DNA from: the human T2T-CHM13v2.0 reference genome, Homo sapiens
Assembly: GCF_009914755.1 (NCBI RefSeq)
Contig: NC_060927.1
Direction: 5' to 3' (one strand)
Length of the DNA: 64,000 bases
The notes beneath the pieces are model-generated. The model had not been told where the DNA came from, did not search any database, and worked only from the letters and a program-made list of their open reading frames with translations. Shown in pieces: positions 15,147 to 31,271 of the stretch (its first letter is position 1; each line of letters begins with the position of its first letter). Position numbers and translations under genes: made by a program.

Positions 15147-16979
15147 GTCCCATGGGAATTCCACTGCAGGCAGCAAGCAATATCCCTGTGTTGCCCACTT
15201 CCCAGGCTGAGAGAGCAGCATGCGCTCTGGAGCCAGGACCTTTGCTAATGACTGGAGCCATCCTCCTTACAACAGAGGGCAGGAAACAGGGCTGATGATA
15301 TCTCAACACTGTCTGACTGCTGCAACTGCTAAAGGATAAAGGGCAGTGAGACCCTTAGCCTCCCACTCTTGCTCTTCTGAAATTTCTGTCACACTATGAT
15401 TTAAAAGATTCAAGTATGATCTGAGGGGAAAAAAAGAAAAAGAACTAAATAAATAAATACCTAGGTTAAGGGGGAAAAAGTATGGTCTGGAGCAGAGAAC
15501 AGCTGCCCCAAGTTTGGCAGACCCTGTGACATTACTGCTTTGCCCAGAGACTCAAGGGGACAGAAGGAACAGAAGGATCTGCCAGTTGATCAAACTAGAT
15601 CTCAACAACTGAGTTTGCAACAACGCGTAACAAGCCATGAACCAGGATCTCTGCTCTCAGGCGCTGTGTAACAAGACCCTAACTGTTAATAACATGAATA
15701 GGGCACCAGCTGTGAGCTGGACACTAACTTTGCACGTCACAGATTAACTGGTTGAATCAGTTGCACAATGACAGAAAAGGAATGTGCCCTAACACTCAAA
15801 TGAACCTCTTCCAGCCCGCCCCACCCTCCTACCTCCACAACCAGACTGGACTTGACCACTGAGGAAACTCTGGACCAGAGGCTCAGAGACACCAGTTGCC
15901 GGGCTGGTACAAAAAGCCAGCCCATGGGGCATAATGCATTTCACTGCTCTGTTTTATTGGCCAGGTCAGAAATAACACAAACATATTTCCTTCTTTTACT
16001 GGGTCCTGCGCTATAGCGATGCTTAACCTGCCCCATAACAGTGACTTTTATCTTATCCATAATGAATAATGAAGTAAAGGCTTTTGAAAGCAGACAGAAT
16101 AATTGTTTAGAAGGAAATTTAAAGATTTTAAAAATCAAGAACACTAGAAAATGTCCAACTTCCTAGTCATCAACAAATGAAACTTAAACAGCAACAAAAT
16201 ATCTCACTTCATCCATAAAATAATTGAGATTCTAATACACAATGCTGGGGTTATATTGGAAAATCAGTACTTCTGCAGAACCTCAGGGAGTGAAGCAGGT
16301 AGCATCCTCTTGGAAAGTCGTTTCTCAATCTTTTACCTGGTGATTATTGAGCACTTATGTGGTCGATTCCATACCAGTACTTTATATATGCAACCTCATT
16401 TAATCCTTAAATCTACTCTAAGGATGATATTGAACTAGATTTGAAGTAGCTTGTCCAAGATCATGCAGAGCCAGAACTTGAATCCAGCTCATTCTGACCT
16501 CCAAAGCCCAACGTCTTAACCATTACAGTCATTAAAATCTCCATAATATTTTATGCACTCATCCTATATCTGAAAATGTATCATGAGAACATAATAAAAA
16601 CTTTATATGTAATGGCATAGACTGTGATGTTTTTACCAGAGTGAAAAAATGGAACCAATCATTATACAAGTATAAAGACCCACATTCACCGAAAAAGATT
16701 TAAGATACAATGTCAAGGACACAAAAATCCTACAAGTGGTGAGATTATAGTCAGATTTTAAAAAAGAAAGAAAAAACCAAGCGTGTGATATGTTTATGCA
16801 CATATGTGTGGGTGTATGAGAAAAGAATATATGAAACAGTTGTGTTAAAGTGATGGAATTATATGTGGTTACCCCTTTAGTTTACATACGGAAAAGTATG
16901 CACTGGTAGCCTTTATTTTTTATGCTATTGGTACTTTATTGAAGTATAATTTACATGCAATACAATGCACAAAGCCTTA

Positions 16980-17452
<473 letters not shown>

Positions 17453-18229
17453 TCAGTATCTCACACCCTCCCCCCATGAACATATGTATTAAAGAACACT
17501 TGGCTGCCCTGGGCACTCATGGTCCAGTGCTCAATGCTGGCAGGTGCACATAGCCCTGGAAATCTACTCTTTTAACGCTGCTCAGACCCAGGGAAATACT
17601 CCACAGCTCTTGGTTTATGTCCTCAAAAGAAAATGTGACCGCATCCAAATGCTAGGGTGGTTTGTGGGTTGCACCACTGCTGACATCAGGGACACACACT
17701 GCTTCAGAGTGCAGGGAGGATTTGAACTGTGGAAGTGCTTAGATAAGAGAAAAAATAAATGAATTAACTTGAGAAATCCTTCCTCTCACATAGCATGATG
17801 CTGTAGATTCTTTGGTAATGACATAGCCAGTCCAATAGAACCAAGCATCAATGCTCTTAGTTTTCTTTTGGTAATTCATCATGCAAATATACTCAAAGTT
17901 TGAACTTGTTAAACACAATTACATTTTACTTAGATCACATTGACTTTAGATGACTGTTCTCAACAGTTCAAAGTGAAAATCTCAGCTATACCAACACTGA
18001 TTTTGCTGACATGAAGGCAAGAAAAAATATATTTTATGGAATAAGTAATGACTTATGGATTCTGTATATATTTATTATTAATTCACATATCACTGGCCCA
18101 TAAACAGTGAAGCCTATTGGCTGGAAATGGTCTGTGGACAAAACAATAATAATAATTATTATTATTGTATATTCAGTATACATGCAATAATATGGAATAG
18201 TATGATGAGATGAGAAAGGAGGTTAGACA

Positions 18230-18502
18230 GAGAAACAGAGGAAGACAGAAACATGGAGAAAACCATGTGAAGATGGAGACAGATATCTGAATGATGCAAC
18301 CACAAGCCAAGAAATAGCTACAGCCCCCAGAAGCCAGAAGAGACAAGAAACTGAATCATCCCCAGGGCCTCTAGAGAGTGGCCCTACCAGCACCTTGATG
18401 GTGGACTTGTGGCCTCTAGGACTGTGAGAAAAATTAATTTCTATTGTTGTAAGCCATCAAGTTTTATGGTCATTTGTTACAGCAGACACAGGAAACTAAT
18501 AT
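18230..18502 (+). mobile_element. MLT1B/C/D-like LTR
   Basis: ccatgtgaagatggagac...ttgttacagcagacacaggaaactaata. Confidence 0.75.
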
Positions 18503-18577
18503 AATAGGCATAGACTGAAAACAGACAATTCATAGAATATAGCCAATAAATTTATATTGAAACATGTTTAACCACAA

Positions 18578-18986
18578 GTCTTAGTCTGTTCTTGCTGCTA
18601 TAACAAAATACCTTCGACTGGGTAATTTACAAATGTAGAAATTTATTTCTCATGGTTCTGGAGACTGGGAAGTCTAAGGCCAAGGCACCAGCAGGTTCCG
18701 TGTCTGGCAAGGACTTCCTCTCTGCTTCCAGGATAGTGCATTCTTGCCGCATCCTCACATGGTGGAAGGGCGAAAGGGGTGTACACTGAGTCCTCACGTG
18801 GCAGGAGAGATGGAAGAGGGAGGCAGCTGTCTGAAGCTTCTTTTATAAGGGCACTAATTCCATTCACAAAGGTGGATTCCTCATGACCTGTCCACCTCAC
18901 AGAGGCCCCACTTTCTAATACCATCACCTCGGGGGTTAGGTTTCAACATATGAATTTTGGAGGGCCACATACATTCAAACCATGGA
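18578..18986 (-). mobile_element. MLT1A/MST-like LTR
   Basis: gtcttagtctgttcttgctgctataacaaaatacc...acattcaaaccat. Confidence 0.75.
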
Positions 18987-21171
18987 TAAAGAAATCTAAA
19001 TTAAAACAAAATGAGATCTTTTCTGCCTGATGGATTAGTGATTATCTTAACAATGAATAAGATTGGGTTGGTAAGAGTGTAGGCAGATTATCTATGAGTA
19101 AAATATAAATAGGTACAATCTTTCCATTAATTAATTTGAAAATCTGTCAAAATATGAAATATGCAGCATTTTAGCCAAGAAATTCCATGTCTAGGGATTT
19201 CTAAGGTAATATTAACACAAGTACAAAATAAATGGGTTTGAAGATGTTTATTATAGCTTGTTCTTTTGTTGCAAATGACCATTAATAGAGGATTGGTTAA
19301 ATAAATGATGATAAAGCCATAGAATACTACGGAGGCATTAAATAAAATCAGATACATCTATGCTACTGACAGGAAAGGAGGTTTAAAATACATTAAGTTT
19401 TTTAAAAAGAAAGTGAGATAGAGAACAGAATGTTGTTTATGTTTATATGTATATATGTATAGAGGTACTGCCTAAGTTCAATTGCAATGAGCCATTGAAG
19501 CAGAGATGGCTAACTGCCCATCAAAATGTCACAGATCCTCTTCCATACAGTAGCTTTACCACTGAAAGGCAGTTGTCTAGCCAGGGACTCAATCTCCCAC
19601 CCACCCCTTTACCTTCAGTTATTGTCATGTGACTGTGAATGCCAATGGGAGGTAAGCAAAAATGATGTCTTACTTCTAAGCTAGGGTATTTAAAAAACAA
19701 GTTTGCTTTCGCCACTCTCTCTTCCCTCTCCCAGGCTGCAAGGTGACAACTCCAAGTATTGCAAATGGCAGACCCACAAGATAGAGGCAGCCAGGGTCCC
19801 TAAAACACTGAGAGAAGACAGCTCTCTGACTGAGGACAGTGTATTGGAATCTATTAATCCATTGAAATTTGGGTGTTTGTTACAGCAGCTGGCGCTACTC
19901 TAACTTAGAGGAATTCATTTTATAATATTAATATAATATATTTATAATCATATGTTATAAATATAATATGCTTTTTTCTTTAAAAAAAGAAAAAAGGGAG
20001 GAGGGACAGTCAGTGGAAAAGCAAACACCCAATTGCTAACTCTCCTGACTCCCCAACAATTACATAAACTATGGGTCTTTATTAACGCATATTCCAATCA
20101 GCATGTTATCTCTAGTTTAATTCCCCTAATCAGTGTTGCTTTAGTCCGAAAAGTCAGCTGACAGTATCTCATGAATATAACGTGGCAGTAATGTCAGAAA
20201 GGTCTTTTAGATACTCACAAAACTTACATTAACATACTCAACTTTCACTGTTGTCTTGAGTCACAGAATAAAATGACTGACAGCTAAAGAATATAGGTGA
20301 ATGTTTCATAATCTTCTTTAGTAGGGAAAAAAAGAAGGCATATATAATGCTGTGAGCTTAGGATTTGGAAATCTTACTCTTCTTTCAAATTATTTCCTCT
20401 CCTCACTACTAACAGAGTTGGAAAGCTCTTGTAATAATTTAATTTTAATAAAATTAGGGCAATCATATATATACACTTCAATTCAAGCCTTGTAAGGATT
20501 TGTGTGCATGCGCAGGTGAGCACACATGTTTAAATATGGAAAGCAAAATCTAACAAGTTGTCCTTCTCTAAGTAGCAAATATATAATAGCCATTGCCTTT
20601 GAGAATATAATTTATGCATTATCTACTATATAAGTATATGGTATATAACTATGAATCATGTCTCAATCAGAAAGTATACTGCAACAATGATTATTTTTAA
20701 AGCACACTTCATTTAATAACTTCCCACTGTTGAAGAAACAGGTTCCAAGTATAAAGAGTAATGAGAGAGCCTAAGACATTTGCTTTAATCACCTTTTCTG
20801 GCCTGTGATCCAAAGGGAATAAATGTATTATAAACATTTTCAAGGCAAAAAATAAAAATAAAAAAGGTGGGAGCATACCAATAAGTGCATTTCTAAAAGA
20901 AGCAGTCTTAGAAACAAGTAGCTGCTTCAGCTTTGAGAACATCTGTCCTGCTGGCTTCCAAGTACACGGAAAGCACACTTAGAAATGATGATTCTTCTCA
21001 CCAGCCCATCGAAGGGAAGCGCTTTTCTTTTTCTACTCTGAGACCATCAGTCTGTTATCAGTTCATGCATCTAACATGAAGCCTTTCAGACTTGACATTT
21101 TTCTTCAGGAATATGAATTTCATAATCTGGATTCTTATTTTCATTTTAATAGAAGAAATATAGAAATATTG

Positions 21172-21319
21172 AAATGGTAAAGGTTCAGATCCTGAGACGG
21201 AATGTAGAGCGTCTCCTGAACTCCTCCTGAAGATCAGCTGCAAGTACAATCTGATTCTCAAATGAAGGATATTCTTTGCCTGCCATGAAGTGACCAAGAT
21301 CCTACTTACTACCACTTGG
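21172..21319 (+). repeat. Local direct duplication, copy A (~148 bp)
   Basis: Aligns by hand to 22417-22563 with about 15 mismatches and 1 gap; not recognised as an interspersed repeat. Confidence 0.9.
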
Positions 21320-21766
21320 ACAAAAGCAAGATATGTTGGTAATTTTAAAAAATAGAAAATACAACCAAACAAAATTAAGTAAAACTTATTCCTTCAACCA
21401 AAATTAAGTAGTTATCTCATTGGTATACAATATTCAGTGCACATATATGTATGTGCAGACATATGTAGGCTTTCAAAACAAGCTCATACTTACACGTTCC
21501 ATATTATAACCTAATTTTTCAGAAAATGTTTTTATTATGAATCTACCTATGAACATATCAATAAATGACCATCTACAATATTGTAATAGCTAATTAATGC
21601 TTTTTTTAAAAAAGTCATTTTAAAACTTCTTCACAAAAAACTTGAGACGGTACTGCAAAGTAAGATTTTTTTTAATGTAAAATTTCTTCGCTTTAAATCA
21701 TTATGCTAAGAATGAGGAGAAATAAAACACATACATAAAACACATGCATCCTTGCTTCCACACTAC

Positions 21767-21947
21767 CTTTTTTTGCCATATATTCCAGCCTGATGCAACT
21801 TCCTACTAAACGGTGATAGGCCCTCATCTCTGCCTCTGTTATCCGCACCAAGGTGTAAGGTGAGTATCTAGGATCTTGCTGCTCACACTTCATGCACCAG
21901 ACCACGACTGGATTCCAGGAAACGGCGCCACCTCGCTCGCTCTCCAT
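21767..21947 (-). CDS. MCF2L2: Candidate alternative first coding exon of MCF2L2 (60 aa)
   Basis: Strong Kozak gaaATGG; 181 nt = 60 codons + 1 with no stop; donor AAG|GTagtg in phase 1, in frame with exon 2. Unique sequence with retained CpGs. Confidence 0.6.
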
Positions 21948-22416
21948 TTCTCTCTAGGCACTGCACTCACACAGAAATGTTCAATCCTTTCTCCCGGTTA
22001 ATCTCCCTGAAGTTCACTCGAGGTCATTTCGTGGCCGAGAGTTGATCCTTTTGATTGGTGAGTGCTCACAGGATTACAGCCCCAGCAGATTATCAGACGT
22101 ACTCATTTAGAAACAAAAGGAAAACTGGGGGATGACAGCGAGGGACATCCTAGCCTCAATGAGAATCAGAATTTTTTTTTTTTAGAAGTATCACATCATC
22201 ACAAGACACAAATCAGGCCACCAGATACTTAAAATAAAACGATAGGGATAAACTTTGTAAAGGATGATTTAAAAAAAAAATAAAAACTTATTCCAGGCCA
22301 CAATTCTACCCTCCTTCTCTTCTAACCTCTCTAGGCTGCCAGTAATAAAATCCAGAGGCTTAACGCTGCAGCCAGTAAGATTCACTATCTGAGCAGGCAC
22401 CTTAAATTGACACGGC

Positions 22417-22563
22417 AAACGGTAAAGGTTCAGATCCTGAGACAGGATGTAGAGCGCCTCCTGAACGACTCCTGAAGATCAGGTGCAAGTATAGTCTGAT
22501 TCTCAAACAAGGATATTCTTTGCCTGTCATGATGTGATCAAGAGCCTACTCACTACCACTTGG
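22417..22563 (+). repeat. Local direct duplication, copy B
   Basis: Partner of 21172-21319, same orientation, about 1245 bp apart. Confidence 0.9.
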
Positions 22564-22859
22564 GGAAAGTGAGTTCACCTTTCAAACTGCCGTGCAGAGA
22601 GGATGATATACTCAGAGAGAGGCTGCCTTTTCCTGATGCATTTTATTTTGGTTCCTCATGCTTAATGGTATTTATTAATAATGTGTTTCCATAGTTAAAG
22701 AAAGAGCACAATGTGAAATAGCCAATCAGCAAGTAATAAATGTTTTTACACAAGCTTCTCATCTTTGTATCATTCAAGCTAAAATTTCAGAGTAAGCCTT
22801 GCCATTGGCCAACAAGAAACTGGAAGACTTTTTTAAAAAAAAAATTTTTTTAAAGGTTT

Positions 22860-23442
22860 TTAACTTAATTTGGGGGGAGGGATAAAAATGTACAAATATG
22901 AAACTATACATTTCGGTGAGCTTTGACAAAAGAATACATCCATGTAACCCATCCCTCTTTCAAGATGCAGAACATTTCCATAACCCCAGAAGATACCTTC
23001 AAGTCCCTTCCCAGTCAACCCTGGTTCCCAGGCAACCACCACTGTGACTTTTTTCGATAGAGACTAGTATTGCCTGTTCCAAAACATCATATGGTGTTAA
23101 TAATACAGTATTGATTCTTTTGTGTCTAGCTTCTCTCAGGATAACGCATTTGAGATTCATCCACAGTAGGTATCAGTAGTTCATTCATTTTCATTGCTGA
23201 GTTTCATGTCATTGTATGGACAGCTACTGCTTGTTCATTCTCCTACTGATGGACATTCAGGTTCTTCCCCAACTTGGGCTGTTTTAAATGAAGTTGCTGT
23301 GAATCTTCATGTAAAGGCCTGTGTGTAGACATGTTTACCTTTCTCTCAGACAAATATCTAGAAATGGTATTGATGAGTCAAAGGGTAGGTGTATATTTAA
23401 CTTATAAGAAACTGTCAAATCTTTTCCCAAAGCAGTTGTACT
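22860..23442 (-). mobile_element. Old L1M 3' end
   Basis: tttgacaaa...gcagaacatttcc...ccaggcaaccac...atggacattcagg. Confidence 0.7.
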
Positions 23443-23577
23443 AGAAAGCACTTCAAGATTAGAGACTACTCTGTTGAGTAATTAGAGCTAGTTCTTTGTT
23501 GTTGTTAAAAGTACAGTAAGTTTGTGGGGATGGGGGGAATTAATGAAATGATTATCAAGTTTATTTGAAAGAATATA

Positions 23578-23889
<312 letters not shown>

Positions 23890-23935
23890 GAATATAAAAG
23901 GCTAGAGGGTAGAAGGGTTAAGAAAATGGTTTTTT

Positions 23936-24058
23936 GGCCAGGCACAGTGGCTCACACCTGTAATCCTAGCACATTGAGAGGCTGAGGCAGGAGATCGCTT
24001 TAGCCCAGGAGTTCGAGACAAGCCTGGGCAACATAAGGAGACCATGTCTCAAAAAAAA
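23936..24058 (+). mobile_element. Alu left monomer (FLAM)
   Basis: Single arm plus A tail. Confidence 0.85.
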
Positions 24059-24414
24059 GGTTTTTAAAAAAACAAATGCTTGAAAAAGAGAATTTCTCCT
24101 GGCAGGTATTTTAAAGTTATTATGTTAGCACTAATAAAATAAAAAGAATGAAACAAGACCAAGAAATAGATTATAAATTCAAAAATAACAATATGTAAAG
24201 AGTGAGGCATTGCCAATCAATGAAAAAATACTTAATAAATGCTACCGAGGAAACTGAGTCTCGCCTCATATCATAGACAAAAAATATATATATATATACG
24301 AAATTTAAAAGTTGTGTAAAAAAATAAAACCACTAAAAGATACTTAAAAAAAAAACACTTGATGATTATTTACTTATTCTTTACTTGAGGAAGGATATAA
24401 AAAGCAACAGACGA

Positions 24415-24705
<291 letters not shown>

Positions 24706-24722
24706 AAAGCAACAGAAGAAAT

Positions 24723-25403
24723 TATAACCAGCAAAAGAGTCTTAGCGCTCACCGTTTGTGGAAAGAAGTCAAAAATAATGACGACTTGTGATAAGAGAGA
24801 GTGAGATTGTATTATCCGTGCTAGCAGGGGAAGAGTAGAAAGCAATTCCACTCTTCAATTTGTGGAGGGAACATGGGGGTTTTTAAACAAAGAGCTTGGA
24901 AAGTAGAAGAGGCAAATGGGCCTATGAGATGCCAGGTGGCGAGACTTGCTCCAGTGGCCTTCTTGAATTATTGTCTCATTTGGTGAAGGGGCTGGCACCT
25001 TTGTGGATCCTGCCAGGTTGTAAATTAGTCAGTCTTCAGCTGGGTGTGGGTTCCATCCTCGAAGGAATCTTTTGTTGAAGAGAGAATTCTGGAGGTGCCT
25101 GGTCCCTATCAGGATCTGACTCCTGAAGCTTCTACGGAAATATATGACCAGATAAGACAGCATGGTCTGTGCTTAATAAGCATTAGGTAAATAAATGTTC
25201 ATAAGGCATGAGAGTATAGTATGGGAAAGGAAAGGGAGTGGAGGTTCACAGCACATTCCATTGCTGTCTTTTAAGATGAGAGGTAACATACATGCAGTTT
25301 GTGTCAAAGTTATATCTTGAAACGGACAGGGGGAAGAGGAAAAGGGAAAGAAGAAAAAAATGTTTAAAAAGTGGTTTGAGGCTCAGCTAAGCTGATGGTT
25401 ATA
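24723..25403 (-). mobile_element. Solo LTR, probably ERV1, family not identified
   Basis: About 680 bp with inverted termini tataacca...tggttata, interrupting an A-rich L1-like stretch. Confidence 0.55.
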
Positions 25404-25996
25404 AAACAACAAAATAAAAGATCTATAGATTTGACTACATACAATTTTAAACCTTTTATGTTAAAAGACATCAAAAACAAAATTATAAACAGAAAACTGT
25501 AGAATAAAAAAACCTTCTATAAACTTAAGAAAGGTTTAATAACTTTAACATTTAAAAAATTTATGCACAAATACCTTGGTCCCAAGCCAAATATTAATAA
25601 AACAGCTAATAAAAACATTAAAATCATTAGAGTTCACTCATAATTTTTTAAAATTCATTAAAATGAATACAATAACACATTTATCTATCAAACAAGCAAA
25701 AATTCAAATAAGAAACAATAAAAATAGGCATCACCAGAAGGCTAATATTACAGGTACGGCATCATTCCCTTAACATGCATTGTTTTAAAACAACCCTGTA
25801 AGTTCTGTCATTAGCTCATATGTCATACAAAATCACAAGTGCTGATAAACAGATCAAGTGAAAACAAGAACCCCACATCCTGTTGATGGGTGTAAGTTTC
25901 CCAGAAGGCAATCTGACCAAAACATATTTAAAAACTTCACACTTACACTCTCTAATCCAATAATATTTTCTAGAATTCTACTTGTAAAACAATATG

Positions 25997-26346
<350 letters not shown>

Positions 26347-27008
26347 TTAAAAATAACATTGGGAAACTGGGAATAACCTATATGAACAACGTAATTTATG
26401 GTGAAATCATGTAGCAAAAAATTATAAAGCCGTTAAAATATTATCTATGGAGATGTCTTAATAGAATTTACAATATAATTGAATGTACAGTATAGTTTTC
26501 ATAAGCAGAATATAATCTATATAATTCTATCTGTAATATGTATTATACATATAAAGAAAGCTAGATCATATAATCTTAACTATGTAAAAATGCCAAAGGA
26601 ACAAAAAGCTAGAGAGATATAGCTCAAAAGGTAACTGATTATTATTAGAAAATGGGATTATAGACTTTCTTTCTTGTACTTTTCTGTATTTTCCAAATAT
26701 TGAACAATGAGCATGTATTATTTTTTCTGTATTGTTTTTGTTTGCTAATTCTTCTTAAATTTGTTTTTTTAACCAATAGTATAAGTCACTCTTTTGGGAA
26801 TACAGTTCTATGAGTTTTGACAAATGCATGGAGTCGTTTAAGCATCGACACAATCAGGATACAATATAGTTGATTGCCCCTGTGAGTCAAACCACTCACC
26901 CACCCTTAACCCCTGGAAATCACTGCATTCCTATAGTTTTACCTTTTCCCAGTATCATAGAAAGATTAGTATGTACCTTTTGAATCTGACATCTTTATCT
27001 TAGCATAA

Positions 27009-27455
<447 letters not shown>

Positions 27456-27852
27456 TAAGAATAAAGCTGCTATAAATATTCATGAACAGATTTTTGAGTG
27501 ACCGTGAGTTTTCATTTTCTTGGGTTGCGATTACTGAGTCGTATATTAAATGTATGTTTAACTTTATAAGACACTGCCAACTGTTTTCCAACATGGCTGT
27601 ACCATTTTACATTCCTACCAACAGTGCGTGTAAGATATCCAGTCCCTTGTCATCTTCACCATGTCTTGGTATCGTCATTTTTTTTAGTCACTCTAACAGG
27701 TACACAATTTCACTGATGACTACTGATATTGAGCATATTTTCATGTGTTTTTTGCCATCTGTATATCTTATATCTTCCTTGATAAAGTATCCATTCAAAT
27801 CTTTTGCCCATTTTTAAATTGGGTCATTTGAGTATTTTATTACTCAGCTTGA

Positions 27853-28253
<401 letters not shown>

Positions 28254-30963
28254 TAACAGTATTTTTTGCAGAGAAAAAAAAATGTCAACGTTACCAAAAT
28301 CTAACTTAAATCAAATTTCTCTTATGAACCAGACTTTTGGTCTTTGTGACCAACTAAGGTCACAAAGATTTCCTCCTATGTTTTCTAACAGATTTTTTAT
28401 TAGGTTTTACATTTAGGTCCATGATCCACTTTGAGTGAATTTTTCTATATGGGGTGAGGTATACATAAGGATTCAATTGTTTTGCACACAGATGTCTAAT
28501 TGTTCCAGCACCATTTGTTGAAATTGCCACTACATCATACTCCACTGAACTGCCTTTATACCTTTGTCAAAAATCATTTGGCCATATTTGTATGATACTA
28601 TTCTGGAATATCTCCTCTGCTCCATTGATCTATATGTCTATCCTTTTGCCAATACCACACTGTCGTGATTACTTTGCTTTAAAGTAAGTTTTAAAATTAG
28701 GTAATGTGAGTCCTCCAAATGTACTCTTTTAAAAAAAAATTGTTATTATAGTTCTTTTTGCCTACTATAGTATCTCTTTTAGCTGATTCTCAATTTCTAC
28801 AAAAATATACAATAGATTTTTTATTGAAGTCGTGTTTAATTCATGGATCAATTTGGGAAGAATTGACATCTTGAGTCTTCCAAACCTTAAATATGGATGA
28901 TATGTTAGTTTTATAAACAGAGGTTTTGAAACCCTTATGAAATATCACATAATGCTCATTCTCCTCCCTCTTTCTTCTGCTTCTTTTTTAGATTCTACTG
29001 CAAAGCCACAGAAAATGACCAGGAAACATGATCTTTCTTTTTAAAATCTGGGTCAGTTTTCCCAAGGCACTGAGGGAGAAAATGGTCACCTCACATATGA
29101 GGTTTGTGTAGTGGAATTTTCCTTCTCATTTCTGCAGAATATGTCAAGGTCTAAAATCCCATTTCACAGCCTGCGGGCTTGTTCCTCCTTTGCAAGCAAG
29201 GCTAGAGGTATAAATATTGCAATAGAAATAAAATGGAATGAAGAATAGGAGGATGAGAATGCAAGAGTTCATAAGGCCTGTCATTCTAGTCTAGGTCCTG
29301 CACCAAACCCTCTTCACGGCGGGGGAGAAAAAAGAGGAAAGAGAAAGATGCTATGGGGTATGGGAGGTGCCAGTAAATTGGTGAGGGTAAGGGCCTGTGA
29401 AACCCTGAGGGCTAGGGTGGCCAGGGGACACTTTTGACACAAAGATGCCTCCGGCTCCATTTCAAAGTGTCTGTGTTGCTAGACGGTAAACATTTGCTCT
29501 CCCATCTTCGGAAAATTACCTTGTCCCCCCCAATCTTCTGTGTGCATGATTTTTGAGACACTGGGAGAAAGAGCTGGATTTCACAACTAAACCAACCAAG
29601 TGCAAAAGAAAGGCAGCCACTGTGAAAACTGGAGCCCAGAGTAGAGAGGCCAGGAGACCACAACATCAGCCCAACAATGAAAGAGAACCCTGGGGAGGCT
29701 TGGGACTCCACGAGCGACCTGGGAATGATGGCTAACTTTGCCTAAATACTGTCTTATGTTTGCTTAATGTCTACCTCCCCATTAGACCGCAGGCTCCAGA
29801 AGGACATTCCTTCATTCCTCCTGGCCCCCATTACACCTGAGGAGCTGCGCAGGATGCTGCGGCTGCAGCAGTGGAGGTGGTGGCCTGGTTCTGGCCCCTA
29901 GGGACCTATGGCCATGGGCAGGGGTTATCCCCACTCCTTCATATCCCATCCTTAGACCTGGCCCAGTGCCCAGCTCCCGCAGGCCTTCATGAAATATGGT
30001 TAGTCTTAAATTGGGGATTAAAGAGGAGAAACAGGCAGAAGGACCTCTTTCCCCACAGCAATTTAATTAATTCTAGCTTCCCAGGGTATTGAAAGAGAAA
30101 GCTAAAATGAATGTGAACTGATCTAACAATAGGTAGAAAAAAACAGACACACAATCCAAAACCTGGGCTGGACAGGTTCAGTTCAAATAACTGAACAAAG
30201 AAATCCAGAGGCAACTCTTCTAAGCCTCTGTGCTCATTTTGAACACCTGTAGTTTGTCCACATGCATACAGTTTGTACTTATAACTCCCTCACAGTAAAG
30301 TCCTCTAAATACAGAAAGTCTTCTATACTAAATAAAAGTGCATAGTGGTGCTGCCACCTTGCCATGATAATGGGAGGTTATAACTTTATTAGATTATTAG
30401 ACTTTTTGTTTGTTTAAGACTCTAGTGCTTAGCATGGGAAATGCAATTAGGCAAACATTTCTTCCTTAACAGGCTTATTATCCTTATTTAAGAATTATGT
30501 ATGTATTATTTCTGCATGTTTAAAGACTACAAAGTAAATCCTCTAGCTTTAGCTAACAGTTTTTCTTTGGAAGAAAGTGACTATTAATAAGCCAACTTTT
30601 CGAGTGGCTCATAAAATACTTAAGATTCAGGGATTAATGCTTTCATTTTCTATTTGATTTTTTCAAAAGATTTTTCAAAACTCAGTAATAGCACTTTGTC
30701 ATTTACTGGTTTATATATCACTTTGTCATGGGAAATTAAAGCAAATGTGAGCATTCAAATGCCTCAAAGCCAGCCAGACCTGACTTTTGATTCTGACGTT
30801 TCCTCTTGCTATGACCTTGGGCAAGCTTCCTAACCTGCTTAAGCCTCAAATTTCTCCTCCATATAAATAGACTGCACTTACCATTAAACTTAATTAAATA
30901 AAAATGTACATAATAAAGCACAACTTGTGACACTAAAAGGCAGGAAATAAATGGTAGCTAAAA

Positions 30964-31271
<308 letters not shown>

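Noticed and set aside
29871-30092. Plus-strand ORF containing QGLSP, like recalled MCF2L2 GDQGLSPHY
   Set aside because: Only five residues match, with no flanking similarity or splice sites; expected by chance.
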